Shown here piece after piece: positions 1-9,435 of a stretch of 64,000 bases of DNA (the first letter of the stretch is position 1; every line of letters begins with the position of its first letter). The stretch is from contig JAXGIW010000001.1 in NCBI GenBank assembly GCA_040770625.1, positions 435,263-499,262 of the forward strand. Reading direction: 5' to 3'. Source of the DNA: Thermovirgaceae bacterium. GTDB lineage: Bacteria > Synergistota > Synergistia > Synergistales > Thermovirgaceae. The position numbers were made by a program, and so were the translations under genes. Below the pieces are notes generated by a model. The model saw only the letters and a list, made by a program, of their open reading frames with translations. It did not search any database and was not told the origin of the DNA.

Positions 1-1
1 T

Positions 2-829
2 GACCGGCGGGAATCGTTTGTCGTAAGGGAGAAGGCCGAGATCTTCCTGGAAGCCCAGGCCGTCTCCATTGCCGATGGAGTTCTGGTCGTCGTACACGAC
101 ATGACCGAGAGGCACCGCCTCGAGGAGACGAGGAGGACTTTCATAGCCGATGCCGGGCACGAATTCCAGACCCCGCTGACATCGATCCGGGCCGCGGCGG
201 AACTTCTCCTTGACGATGCCTCCCCTGACCCGGAGAAGACAAGGGATATGGCCGGAAAGATAGTACTTCAGCAGGAGCGGATGACGGCGCTGGTGGATGA
301 CCTCCTTCTGCTGTCAAGGCTCGAGTCGGACATAACCCCCGAGCCGGGTGAACCGCTGGATCTTAAAGAGATGATCGAAGATGTAGTTAACTACCAGAAA
401 GAAACGCCCCAGGCTGCATACATCGCCTGGGAGATGGAACTCCCTGACGGGGCCCCCTTCAATGGAAGACCCGGAGAGATCGGCCGCGCCCTGGGGAATC
501 TTGTGGATAATGCCGTGAAGTACACCCGGAAACGCTTCGGTGAAACCCCGGGCGGGGTCATCAGGGTATCCATGGAAGAACAGGACAAGGGCTGGAAGAT
601 CCTTGTGGGCGACAACGGCACCGGCATAGATGAAAAGATCAGGGAAACGGTATTCGAGCGTTTCAAGCGGGGCGAGACAAGCCGCTACCGTGAAGGCGTT
701 TCCCCCGGCGGCTACGGCCTGGGCCTTGCGATAGCCCGGAGGATAATCGAATCACACGGCGGCAGCATCGAAGCCCAGGACATCAGCGAAGGTGCCTCGA
801 TATCGGTATTTTTCCCCTTTAAGGGCTGA
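2..829 (+). CDS. sensor histidine kinase, C-terminal part (5' end lies outside the window)
   Basis: Frame is open from nt 2 with no stop before the listed ATG at 101. H-box FIADAGHEFQTPLTSI and HATPase_c motifs DNAVKYT, GDNGTGI, GYGLGLAI. Confidence 0.85.
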   Translation, partial: DRRESFVVREKAEIFLEAQAVSIADGVLVVVHDMTERHRLEETRRTFIADAGHEFQTPLTSIRAAAELLLDDASPDPEKTRDMAGKIVLQQERMTALVDDLLLLSRLESDITPEPGEPLDLKEMIEDVVNYQKETPQAAYIAWEMELPDGAPFNGRPGEIGRALGNLVDNAVKYTRKRFGETPGGVIRVSMEEQDKGWKILVGDNGTGIDEKIRETVFERFKRGETSRYREGVSPGGYGLGLAIARRIIESHGGSIEAQDISEGASISVFFPFKG

Positions 830-916
830 AGGCGCCTTATTGTATACTATTGTTGCTTTTTCTGTAATTGTATATATAATACCCGGGTTGGTATAAAGCC
901 ACCCGGAATAAGTCCT

Positions 917-1687
917 ATGGGGTGGCAATATCCCAAGGGAGGTATGCTTTTGATCCGAAGACTCCTGAGGGACTTTGTTCTGGCGCTTGTCATGGTAACA
1001 GCAGTCTCGGCAGTGATATACATCTACGTCGGGGAGCGCCTGGCGGAGTCCCCGGTGCACGCCGTCTCCAGGTGGAGCCGGGCCCGTGCCGTCTCGACCC
1101 GTGTTTCCCAGCTTGACGGCACCGTCGCCGCAGCCCTCAGCGAAATGGAACTTCAGCCCGAAGACCTTGTTGAATGGCAAATGGAAAACCCAGAGTCGAA
1201 CCTTCGAAGACTCTGGCACATGAAGCCTGCCGACCAGAAAAACGCCTCGGTCATAGCTCTCTATATCCTCCATCAGAACAACAGCATCAGCCCCATGACG
1301 GCCTGGCGCGAAGCCATCTCCTTCGTACACTACAGCCGCAAGTACGAGGTACCCCTGACCCTTGCTGTGGCAGTTGCCAATACCGAGAGCCACTTCGACC
1401 CCGGCGCAAGGAGCCCCTACGGCGCCGCCGGTGTCATGCAGGTTGTGTGGAGAGTCCATTCACACCTTCTCAGGGCCCACGCGGGACTCAGGGTGGAAAA
1501 GGACCTCCACGACCCCGAGAAGGGGATCTCGGCAGGGACGCTGCTCCTCTCAAGGTACATCAAGGCTTACGGCAGCACCGAGCGGGCCCTTGGCAGATAC
1601 TACGGAGGCCCGGTCAGCCGTTACTGGCCAAAGGTGGCCAGGAACATGGACCGTGTGATCAGCTACGGTCTCGAACCTGGCATCTGA
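917..1687 (+). CDS. lytic transglycosylase (SLT) domain protein, membrane anchored
   Basis: SLT catalytic region AVANTESHFDP...YGAAGVMQV. N-terminal hydrophobic segment. Start uncertain (917-950). Confidence 0.8.
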   Translation: MGWQYPKGGMLLIRRLLRDFVLALVMVTAVSAVIYIYVGERLAESPVHAVSRWSRARAVSTRVSQLDGTVAAALSEMELQPEDLVEWQMENPESNLRRLWHMKPADQKNASVIALYILHQNNSISPMTAWREAISFVHYSRKYEVPLTLAVAVANTESHFDPGARSPYGAAGVMQVVWRVHSHLLRAHAGLRVEKDLHDPEKGISAGTLLLSRYIKAYGSTERALGRYYGGPVSRYWPKVARNMDRVISYGLEPGI

Positions 1688-1693
1688 CCGGTT

Positions 1694-1726
1694 TTGTCCA
1701 CAAATTTGTTCGCAACCTGTGGATGT
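1694..1726. promoter_or_regulatory. pair of inverted DnaA-box-like 9-mers
   Basis: TTGTCCACA (1694-1702) and TGTGGATGT (1718-1726), each close to the TTATCCACA consensus, in the gap between convergent SLT and corA genes. Confidence 0.3.
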
Positions 1727-1741
1727 CTGCCCCGACAGACC

Positions 1742-2815
1742 CTACAGCCACCCCTTCCTCCTGAAGAAGGCCAGCATCCATAACGCCGTCCCTGCCATCA
1801 CGGCCAGGACGGCGGGGTAACCCCACTTCCACTGCAGTTCAGGCATCAGGGCAAAATTCATCCCGTAGACCCCGGCAATGAACGTCAGGGGGATGAAGAT
1901 CGTGGCTATCACCGTCAGTACCTTCATGATCTCGTTCATCCTGTTGCTCACCGTTGAAAGGTAGATATCGAGCATCCCCGAAAGGATGTCCCTGATGGTC
2001 TCGATGCCGTCGATGACCTGGATGACGTGATCGTAAAGGTCGCGCATGTACACCGCCGTGGTCCCTCCCGACAGAGGTCCGCTCCTCTCTAGGCTCGCCA
2101 CCGCTTCCCTCAACGGCCAGGCGGCTTTCCTGAGAAATATCATCTCGCGCCTCAGTTCGTGCATCCGGGCCGATGTCCCTGTCCTGGGGGCAGAAAGGAG
2201 CTCTTCTTCTAGGACCTCCACCTGGTCGCCGATCTTCTCGAGAAGGAGGAAGTAGCCATCCACTATGGCATCGAGAAGCGAGTAGGCCAGGTAATCGGAC
2301 CCCTCCTTCCTCAATCGCCCCTTGCCCTGCCTCAGCCTCTGGCGGACAGGCTCGAAGAGGTCACCGGGCCTCTCCTGGAAGGTGATCAGCACCTTGGGGA
2401 AGAGCACCATGCTGACCTGCTCCACCTCCACCTGCATCGAATCCTCGTCCCAGGAGACCATCTTCAGCACCGTGTACTGGTAGTCGCCGTAGTCCTCGGA
2501 TTTGGCCCTCTGTCCGGTGTTGCAGATATCCTCCAGGACCAGGGGGTGTATCCCGAACCTCTCTGCCGTCTCCCTCAGAAGGGCGTTGTCGTTCAGTCCG
2601 GTGATGTCGATCCAGGCCGTCTGGCCCTCATCAGAGTGCTCCGGAAGGTCTTCAAGGGATGACAGCCACTTCTCGGTGAAGGACTGCTCCGAGAAGTGGA
2701 TCAGGTTGATCTCGGGTCCTGGCCCTGGTCCCGGTCCCTCCTCCGGAGGAGCTTCCATCGGAGGAGGGTTCATCCTGAGGTGCCGGCTGATCCTTTTTTT
2801 ACGGTTCCTTGGCAC
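1742..2815 (-). CDS. corA: magnesium/cobalt transporter CorA
   Basis: YGMNF (GMN) signature between two C-terminal TM helices. N-terminal Pro/Gly low-complexity extension (GPGPGPGP). Confidence 0.9.
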   Translation of the reverse strand: MPRNRKKRISRHLRMNPPPMEAPPEEGPGPGPGPEINLIHFSEQSFTEKWLSSLEDLPEHSDEGQTAWIDITGLNDNALLRETAERFGIHPLVLEDICNTGQRAKSEDYGDYQYTVLKMVSWDEDSMQVEVEQVSMVLFPKVLITFQERPGDLFEPVRQRLRQGKGRLRKEGSDYLAYSLLDAIVDGYFLLLEKIGDQVEVLEEELLSAPRTGTSARMHELRREMIFLRKAAWPLREAVASLERSGPLSGGTTAVYMRDLYDHVIQVIDGIETIRDILSGMLDIYLSTVSNRMNEIMKVLTVIATIFIPLTFIAGVYGMNFALMPELQWKWGYPAVLAVMAGTALWMLAFFRRKGWL

Positions 2816-2842
2816 GGCAAACCACCTGCCTTTTGAAAACCG

Positions 2843-3628
2843 CTATATTTTGAATTCTGCCACCACTGCCGTATGGTCCGAAGGCTTCTCCCATGATCTG
2901 GGCTCCCGGTCGCTGTAGCTGTCGATGGATACGTCCGCCAGCAAAGCCGTGGCGAGGATGTGGTCGATCCTCCATCCGATGTTCCTCTCGAGGGCACCCT
3001 TGACCCTGTAATCCCAGAAGGAGAACTCCCCCTCCCCCGGGCGATGCTTTCTGAAGACGTCCACCAGGCCTGTCGAGCACAGGCTCCGAAAGGCCTCTCT
3101 GACCTCCTCATGGAAGCAGACATGGTCCCGTTTGTTCTCCGGGTGGGTCACATCGATATCGGTGGGCGCAACGTTGAGGTCGCCCACCAGGACAAGGCGC
3201 TCCTTCGGAACCCCCAGGGACCGGAGAAAGGCCTCCATCCTCTTGAAGAACCTGAGCTTCATGGGGTAGTCGGGGTGGTCGATCGATTTGCCCTGGGGGA
3301 CATAGGCGTTCGCCACCCTGAGGTCCCCGAAGCGGCACCAGGCTATCCGCGTCCTCCCTGAAGGCTCCTCGCCGTCATCAAGGCCGAAGCCGTATTCATC
3401 GGGGGGGACCGTAGAAGCCACGGCCACGCCGTTGTAGGATTTCTCGCCGCTGAACACAACGTGGTAACCCAGGTCCTCGAAGAACGGGGTCGGAAATGAG
3501 CCATCCTCCACCTTTGTCTCCTGGAGGCAGAGACAGTCGACCCTGTTGTTCTTCAGCCATCTTTCAAGGACGGGCAACCGGCTCCTGACGGAATTCACGT
3601 TGAACGTGGCGATCCTGAAGTTTCCCAT
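2843..3628 (-). CDS. xth: exodeoxyribonuclease III / AP endonuclease
   Basis: N-terminal FNVNSVRSR...CLQETK and C-terminal SDHTAV motifs. Length 261 aa. Confidence 0.9.
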   Translation of the reverse strand: MGNFRIATFNVNSVRSRLPVLERWLKNNRVDCLCLQETKVEDGSFPTPFFEDLGYHVVFSGEKSYNGVAVASTVPPDEYGFGLDDGEEPSGRTRIAWCRFGDLRVANAYVPQGKSIDHPDYPMKLRFFKRMEAFLRSLGVPKERLVLVGDLNVAPTDIDVTHPENKRDHVCFHEEVREAFRSLCSTGLVDVFRKHRPGEGEFSFWDYRVKGALERNIGWRIDHILATALLADVSIDSYSDREPRSWEKPSDHTAVVAEFKI

Positions 3629-3709
3629 TGCAATTACCCCCTGTATCGTTGATCGAAGATCGTGAGAAGTTAGAAGTCAGACGTGAGACGAAAGACCAAA
3701 GTCAAGCGC

Positions 3710-3800
3710 GTACCCTCCAGACAAGCTGAAGGACCTGGTCCCGAGGCGTATTAACGAGGGACGGGCCCTGTCGCTGCGCTCGGGGCACGTTGTAACTCGT
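3710..3800. repeat. conserved unit U1, copy 1
   Basis: 3710-3744 is identical over 35 nt to 56047-56081. 3751-3800 matches 56116-56165 at 45 of 50 positions (hand alignment). The blocks are separated by 6 nt here and by 34 nt in copy 2. Confidence 0.85.
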
Positions 3801-3820
3801 GACTCGTAACTCGTGACTCG
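3792..3820. repeat. tandem heptamer array GTAACTC GTGACTC GTAACTC GTGACTC
   Basis: Read directly. Equivalent to a 14-nt unit repeated twice, at the 3' edge of U1. Confidence 0.9.
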
Positions 3821-4065
3821 AAAATTCAAAACCAGATCCCTCATCCGTCGGCTGGCGGATTCAGGATGACAGGTCAACTGCGTAAACAGTGAACGCGAAG
3901 TCCCGCGATCTCTGCGGGGGTGAACGGAGAAGGCAAGAACAGATCATAAATCCCGCACCTGCCCTTTTTAAACCATAAAGAGGTTCAGGTCTTCTCTCTC
4001 TTTTCCCTCTGCGTCCTCTGCGGTGCAAAACTTTTGCTTTTGCCCTGGCATTTCCGCGTCACGCG

Positions 4066-4818
4066 TCACGAATCAATCGAATACTGTATCGTTACCACCG
4101 CTTTCACGGCCTTCTCGATGGTGGTCGTGTCGTACCTGCCCCAGTCCTCGACATCTGTCGAGTAAAGAGGCGTGATCTGGAAGACCCCCTGGCTCGCCGC
4201 CCTCAGGGGACCGACCTTCCCCCCGCTGTTGACGGCCAGCTGTTCGGCTCTCTGCCGGGCGTTCAGGGTGGCCTCGCCCAGGAGATGGATCTTCATATCC
4301 TCGATGCCAGAGTAGTAGTACTCCGGTGAGAAGGAGAAGAACTCCACCCCCTCCCTGATCAGGGTGGTGGACTCCCTGGAGAGGGAAGCCACCAGGTCGA
4401 CCTCCTTCGATCTGACCGTGACGGTCTGCTCCAGCACGTACTGTTCTATCTCGTTGGTGTCATAACCCTGGGGGGTCCTGCGGTACTGGATCATTGTGGT
4501 GACCGCCGATACATCGACCTCTTCCTTCGGGATCCCGCTCCGGGACATGAAATCCCTGACCTTTTCAAGGTCCGATTCAAGCCTGGAGTAGGCCCTGACC
4601 AGCTCGGTGTCTCTGGCAGTGAAACGCCCCGTCCATACCGCTATGTCCGATCTTACGTCCTTCTGGGCGAAACCCTTCACCATTATGGTCTGGTTGGCCA
4701 GTTTGACGCTCTTGACGGTCCCAGAAACGAGCCACGCAGAGAGGACCATTCCAGCCGCAAGGGCAATTCCGAGAACTACCAGCCCCGCATTGGTCGACCT
4801 CTTTCCATTCTCTGCCAT
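4066..4818 (-). CDS. SIMPL (DUF541) domain protein with N-terminal membrane anchor
   Basis: Single N-terminal TM segment, then sequence resembling SIMPL / 26 kDa periplasmic immunogenic protein family (recognised from memory). ATG at 4818 has AAGGTG 6 nt upstream. Confidence 0.55.
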   Translation of the reverse strand: MAENGKRSTNAGLVVLGIALAAGMVLSAWLVSGTVKSVKLANQTIMVKGFAQKDVRSDIAVWTGRFTARDTELVRAYSRLESDLEKVRDFMSRSGIPKEEVDVSAVTTMIQYRRTPQGYDTNEIEQYVLEQTVTVRSKEVDLVASLSRESTTLIREGVEFFSFSPEYYYSGIEDMKIHLLGEATLNARQRAEQLAVNSGGKVGPLRAASQGVFQITPLYSTDVEDWGRYDTTTIEKAVKAVVTIQYSIDS

Positions 4819-4823
4819 GGAGA

Positions 4824-5345
4824 TCACCTTTCCTTTCCGGTTTTCCGGATCTGTCCCCCGCCGGTTGAGCCGAACCTCTTTTTGTATAACGCCATCAGTC
4901 TCGCAAGATCGGAGGCGACGTCATCCCTGGGGATCACGGGGCGGACCTTCTCCAGGCAGGACTTCACTTCCTCGGGGCCTATCTTCAGAGCTTCCCTTTT
5001 GGGAGATCTTTTCTCCGGGGACCTTCTTCTCGTCCTTCCCACCTTCACGCTTACACCTGACACATCAAGGCCCCAGCCCCTGCTGATCCTGGAGGCTATG
5101 TCGCCCCCTCTCATGGTTATCTCCTGGGAGAGGATCGGTTCCGATACGACAACGGTCAGGGTCCCGTCCTGTATGGACCCCGGAGAGCTCCTTCCGGCCA
5201 GTTTTGGACCCACCACCTCGCCCCAGCGCGAGCAGAGGTCGGCAAAAAGAAGCATCATCGACTGTTCCCTTGAGAGCGATGACATCAGGAGCGACCCGAC
5301 CCTTGAAACCCCCTGGTTACTCCTCTTCCTTCTCCTTACGGCCAT
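4824..5345 (-). CDS. DUF721 (DciA-like) protein
   Basis: Core W.EVVGPKLAGRSSPGSIQDGTLTVVVSEPILSQE matches the DUF721 pattern. Located in the dnaA-dnaN-recF neighbourhood, as is typical. Confidence 0.6.
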   Translation of the reverse strand: MAVRRRKRSNQGVSRVGSLLMSSLSREQSMMLLFADLCSRWGEVVGPKLAGRSSPGSIQDGTLTVVVSEPILSQEITMRGGDIASRISRGWGLDVSGVSVKVGRTRRRSPEKRSPKREALKIGPEEVKSCLEKVRPVIPRDDVASDLARLMALYKKRFGSTGGGQIRKTGKER

Positions 5346-7251
5346 GGTCCACCCCCCTTCGGAGGCGTTCAATGAATACCTCCAGCAACATTATATCCGC
5401 TGGGGTCACCCCCGAAATCCTCCCGGCCTGCCCCAGCGTCCTGGGACGGATCGCCTGGAGCTTCTGCCTGCTCTCGTTGAGGAGGCCCGTCACCGAGGAG
5501 TAGTCCAGCTCCCCGGGTATGCGAACGAGGTCCATCCTCTTCATCCTCTCCACCTGGGAGAGCTGTCGGGCCACGTACCCTTCGTACTTGATCTCTATCC
5601 CGGTCCGTTCGATTATCTCCGGGTCAGGCCGCTCGACCGGAGGTGCAGCCTCTGCCACCATCTCCCAGGTGACGCCCGGTCTTTTCAGAAGGTCCGCGGC
5701 GGTGACCCCCGGTTCGGCACAACCAGTTTCAGGACCCTCAAGGACCTTTTCCAACAGCTGCCGGTCCCGGATCCTGGTATTTTTTAGCCTCTGGAGCTCC
5801 CTGTCGAGGGAGTCCCACCTCTTTTGGAGGACCCTCCACCGTTCGTCGTCCAGGAGTCCGAGCTTCCTGGCCAAAGGCGCCAGACGCCTGTCGGCGTTGT
5901 CGTGTCTTAGAAGGAGCCTGTACTCACAGCGGCTGGTCAGCATCCGGTAGGGTTCCTCTGTCCCCCTGGTGACCAGATCGTCGACCAGCACCCCCATGTA
6001 GCCCCGGGACCTCTCGATCACCAGGGGCTCCTCCCTCCTTGTTGACAGAACCGCGTTGATGCCCGCCAGGATACCCTGGGCGGCGGCCTCTTCGTAGCCT
6101 GAGGTTCCGTTGATCTGACCTGCGCAGAAGAGCCCTCCGATGGCCTTTGCCTCCAGCCATGGCTCAAGCTGGGTGGGCGGGATAAAGTCATATTCGATGG
6201 CGTAACCGGGCCTCATTATCCTCGCTCTCCCGCACCCGGGGAGGGACCGAACCATCCTGATCTGGGCATCCAGGGGGAGGCTGGTGGTGAAGTTCTGCAT
6301 ATAGACCTCCACGCTGTCCCTTCCGACGGGCTCGAGAAAGACGAGGTGGCTCTCCTTGTCGGGGAACCTTACAACCCTGTCCTCGATGGAGGGGCAGTAC
6401 CTGGGCCCCTTCCCCTCGATAGCCCCGGTGAACAGGGGGGACCGGTCCAGCGAATCCCTTATGGCGCGGTGGGTCTCTTCATTGGTCCTGGTGGCGTGGC
6501 AGGCGTAGCCGGTATAGACCCTTGGGGTCCCCCAGTGGCTGAAGCAGTAGGGTTCGGCGGCGCTGTCCTGCCTCTCGAGAGCGTCCCAGTCCACGCTGGC
6601 GGTGTGGATCCTTGGGGTGGTACCGGTCTTGAGCCTTCCGACCTTAAGTCCGGCCTCGCGCAGGCTCGCCCCCAGCCCCTCGGCGGGCATCTGTCCCAGC
6701 GGGCCCGATGAAAAAGAGGTCAATCCTATGTGGACCTTCCCTCCCAGGAAGGTCCCCGTGGCCAGGATCACCGCCCGGGCCTCGTAGACCGATCCTATTC
6801 TTGTCCTGACTCCTCTTGCCCTTCCTCTCTCCACCCAGAGGTCCGTGACCTGGTCCTGCATCACCTCAAGTTTCGGTTGCCCGTCACAGGCTCTCCGGTA
6901 CCAGAGGTGGTAGTCCCTCAGGTCGCACTGGGCTCTCAGGGTCCTGACGGCCGCCCCCTTGGAGGTGTTCAGCATCCGGATATGTATGGTCGAGTTGTCG
7001 GCAGCGGCTGCCTGCTCCCCCCCCAGGGCGTCGATCTCCCTGGTCAGGTGCCCCTTGGCTGGTCCCCCTATGGAGGGGTTGCAGGGCATCATGGCAGCAT
7101 TGTCCAAAAGCAGGTTGACAAGGAGCGTTCTTGCCCCCATTCTGGCCGAGGCCAGGGCAGCCTCGCACCCGGCGTGCCCCCCACCGACTACGATGACGTC
7201 GAACGACCGGTCGTCCGACAGATGCCCCCCCTGAACAGTTCTACCCTTCAT
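5317..7251 (-). CDS. mnmG: tRNA uridine-5-carboxymethylaminomethyl modification enzyme MnmG (GidA)
   Basis: FAD motif DVIVVGGGHAGCEAA and conserved GidA blocks along the whole length. ATG at 7251 is preceded by GGAGG 8 nt upstream. The longer ORF to 7401 overlaps recF. Confidence 0.95.
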   Translation of the reverse strand: MKGRTVQGGHLSDDRSFDVIVVGGGHAGCEAALASARMGARTLLVNLLLDNAAMMPCNPSIGGPAKGHLTREIDALGGEQAAAADNSTIHIRMLNTSKGAAVRTLRAQCDLRDYHLWYRRACDGQPKLEVMQDQVTDLWVERGRARGVRTRIGSVYEARAVILATGTFLGGKVHIGLTSFSSGPLGQMPAEGLGASLREAGLKVGRLKTGTTPRIHTASVDWDALERQDSAAEPYCFSHWGTPRVYTGYACHATRTNEETHRAIRDSLDRSPLFTGAIEGKGPRYCPSIEDRVVRFPDKESHLVFLEPVGRDSVEVYMQNFTTSLPLDAQIRMVRSLPGCGRARIMRPGYAIEYDFIPPTQLEPWLEAKAIGGLFCAGQINGTSGYEEAAAQGILAGINAVLSTRREEPLVIERSRGYMGVLVDDLVTRGTEEPYRMLTSRCEYRLLLRHDNADRRLAPLARKLGLLDDERWRVLQKRWDSLDRELQRLKNTRIRDRQLLEKVLEGPETGCAEPGVTAADLLKRPGVTWEMVAEAAPPVERPDPEIIERTGIEIKYEGYVARQLSQVERMKRMDLVRIPGELDYSSVTGLLNESRQKLQAIRPRTLGQAGRISGVTPADIMLLEVFIERLRRGVDHGRKEKEEE

Positions 7252-8296
7252 CGACACGGCCTCCATTGACGGACCAGACCCTCCCCGGCCAATCGGGGGT
7301 ACAGGCCTCCGCCGTGGTGGCGAAGACCTGCCACCCCGTACGGAGCAGGACGGCAATAAGCCTCTCCCTTCCTTCGTGGTCCAGTTCAGCCATGACCTCA
7401 TCGAGGAAAAGGACCGGCTTCCTCCTCATCTTCCTCTCCACGGCCCACCCCGACGACAGCAGGAGGGCTATGGCTACCCTTCTCCTGTAGCCTCGGCTGA
7501 AGCACCTTGCCACGTCCCTCTCCTGGAAACGGATCACAAGGTCGTCCCTGTGGGGTCCGACAGGGCATACGCCAGTAGCCCTCTCCTGTTTCTGACTGGC
7601 CTCGAGGGACTCCCAGAAATCCAGGTGGAGGTCCTCAAGCCCTCTGCCACCCCTTTTTAGTTCCAGGGTCACACCAGGGGGGAGCAAACCCTCCCCCTCC
7701 TCCAGGCCGTTCCTGATGAGGTCCACGGCGGTGAGCCTGCAAGCCCAGATCCATGCCGCCAGGGGAGCCATCACCCTGGCCGTGGCTGCCAGGTTCCTGC
7801 CCATGCGTATGGAGGCGTTCCTCTGCCTGAGAGCCCTGCCATATTCGTGAAGCCTCAGGGCATAGACGGGGAACAGGAGGGCACAGAGACGATCGATAAG
7901 CCGCCTCCTCGTGGCCGGTGACCCCTCCACCAAAGAGAGGTCGTTGGGGAGAAAGATCAGCGATGGCACCAGGGGTCTCAGCTGGGAAGATCGCAGGGAG
8001 GACCCACCTTTTTTCGCGACGATCCGGGCCCCGATGCCCACCTTCACCTCCAGGGAATCCTCCCCGTCGAAAGCTGCCGAGAGAAAGGTCCCTCTACCGG
8101 GCTCGGTCCAGCTCCGGAGGTCCGCGGTCCTCTCGCCCCTGAGAGAGCCCCAGCCGGTCAGCACGTGAAAAGCTTCCAGAATATTGGTCTTTCCGGAGCC
8201 GTTGGGCCCCAGAAGCAGATGAAGCCCCTCCGCCCATTCCAGGCGCCGGGGCTTCAGGTTCCTGAATCCTTCCCATTGGGTAGAGGATATTTTCAT
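7241..8296 (-). CDS. recF: DNA replication and repair protein RecF
   Basis: Walker A GPNGSGKTN near the N-terminus, SMC-like signature region, and 4-nt overlap with the dnaN stop. Confidence 0.9.
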   Translation of the reverse strand: MKISSTQWEGFRNLKPRRLEWAEGLHLLLGPNGSGKTNILEAFHVLTGWGSLRGERTADLRSWTEPGRGTFLSAAFDGEDSLEVKVGIGARIVAKKGGSSLRSSQLRPLVPSLIFLPNDLSLVEGSPATRRRLIDRLCALLFPVYALRLHEYGRALRQRNASIRMGRNLAATARVMAPLAAWIWACRLTAVDLIRNGLEEGEGLLPPGVTLELKRGGRGLEDLHLDFWESLEASQKQERATGVCPVGPHRDDLVIRFQERDVARCFSRGYRRRVAIALLLSSGWAVERKMRRKPVLFLDEVMAELDHEGRERLIAVLLRTGWQVFATTAEACTPDWPGRVWSVNGGRVDEG

Positions 8297-9435
8297 GCCG
8301 TCTCTTCTGAATTCTCCTCCTCTGGAAGGGTTATGGGCATCAGAACGTACATGAAGCTGTCCTCCCTGGGCCGGGAAAGGGTCATCTGGCCATTGGGCCC
8401 GTTGAAGGAGAGATGGGCCACCGTTCCGTGGAGGGCTTTCAGGCCTTCCAGCAGGTATCTTACGTTGAAGGCTATCTTGAGGGGTTCTCCGTCGCAGTCG
8501 CCGGGGATCTCCTCAAAGGCCTCTCCCACCTCAGGGGCCTTGGCCTGCATCTTCAGGGTGCCACCAGGGGACAGCATGAAGACCACCATCCGGCTAAAAT
8601 CCCTTACCACTACCTCGACCCTTTCAAGGGCCTCTATGAAAAGCTCACGGTCAATGGTGAGCCAGGATGTCCTGTCAGAAGAAAGGACCTTCTCGTAGGG
8701 AGGGAACCTGGATTCTACCCTTCTTACGGAGAACTCCATGGTTCCCGTCCTGAAGTAGACCTGGGAATCATCCTTCAGAACCCTGATCTCTTCATCTCCC
8801 TCTACTGTGGAGAGAGATCTCTGAAGCTCCCTGAGCCCGGCAAGGGGGAGAAGTACCTGGTCGGGTTCACCATCCACCGTTACCGTACCCTGCGAAAGGG
8901 AGAGTCTCCTTCCATCGGTGGATACTACCTTAACCCTCTCTTCGTCGGTCTGGACCAGGCCGGCGCTCAGATACTGGGGGAACTCCTCACTGGGGGATCC
9001 GGAGAAGGTCCCTTCCTCAAGGAGACGCCTCAGGTCCATGCAGACTGCTTTGAAAAAGGGCTCGGCCTTGTCAGATGAGGGCAACTTGGGGAACTCGGAG
9101 ACCGGATAGGTGGAAAAGGAGTAGACACTGCTGCCGGAGATGACCGTCGCCTTGCCTTTATCCACCTCGATGGTGAAAGTGTCACCAGGAGCCTTCTTGA
9201 AGAACTCTCCAATGTTCTTCACCGGGAATATGGCGCTTCCCTCGGAAAGGACCTCAACTCCGTCGGCAAGACAGTTTATGGAGGTCTTCAGGTCCGTAGC
9301 CTTGAGGGATACCCCCTCTGCCGAAGCCTCGCACTTGACACCGGAGAGGACCGATATGGTGCTCCTGTGTCCTGCGCTTCTCTCTGCCATACTCCAGATC
9401 TTCAGGAATTTTGCCTTGTCCACAAGGAGCTTCAA
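8293..9435 (-). CDS. dnaN: DNA polymerase III beta sliding clamp
   Basis: 380 aa three-domain clamp-like sequence directly downstream of dnaA. TTG start. Confidence 0.93.
   Translation of the reverse strand: MKLLVDKAKFLKIWSMAERSAGHRSTISVLSGVKCEASAEGVSLKATDLKTSINCLADGVEVLSEGSAIFPVKNIGEFFKKAPGDTFTIEVDKGKATVISGSSVYSFSTYPVSEFPKLPSSDKAEPFFKAVCMDLRRLLEEGTFSGSPSEEFPQYLSAGLVQTDEERVKVVSTDGRRLSLSQGTVTVDGEPDQVLLPLAGLRELQRSLSTVEGDEEIRVLKDDSQVYFRTGTMEFSVRRVESRFPPYEKVLSSDRTSWLTIDRELFIEALERVEVVVRDFSRMVVFMLSPGGTLKMQAKAPEVGEAFEEIPGDCDGEPLKIAFNVRYLLEGLKALHGTVAHLSFNGPNGQMTLSRPREDSFMYVLMPITLPEEENSEETA

Larger units (their letters stand above)
3661..4065. repeat. composite mosaic intergenic repeat (locus 1)
   Basis: Purine-rich 7-nt periodic array at the left (GTGAGAA GTTAGAA GTCAGAC GTGAGAC...). 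Pyrimidine-rich mirror at the right (...GCGTCAC GCGTCAC). Conserved unit U1 and blocks shared with loci at 30.1, 41.0 and 56.1 kb lie inside. Confidence 0.75.

Noticed and set aside
3792-3820. Possibility that the tandem repeats are a CRISPR array or plasmid-type iterons
   Set aside because: The units are only 7 (or 14) nt, with no spacers and no cas or rep genes nearby. The same heptads occur scattered at other loci.
3677-3877. 66-aa ORF sharing the peptide CP(E/K)RSDRARPSL with the N-terminus of ORF 55664-56170
   Set aside because: The shared peptide is the translation of the conserved intergenic unit U1. Neither ORF has an RBS, and the rest of the ORFs is unrelated, so this is a repeat and not a gene family.
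7252-7401. 50-codon N-terminal extension of mnmG in the ORF track
   Set aside because: The extension overlaps recF by 160 nt and is Arg/Pro/Gly rich. An internal ATG at 7251 has a GGAGG RBS and gives a normal GidA N-terminus.
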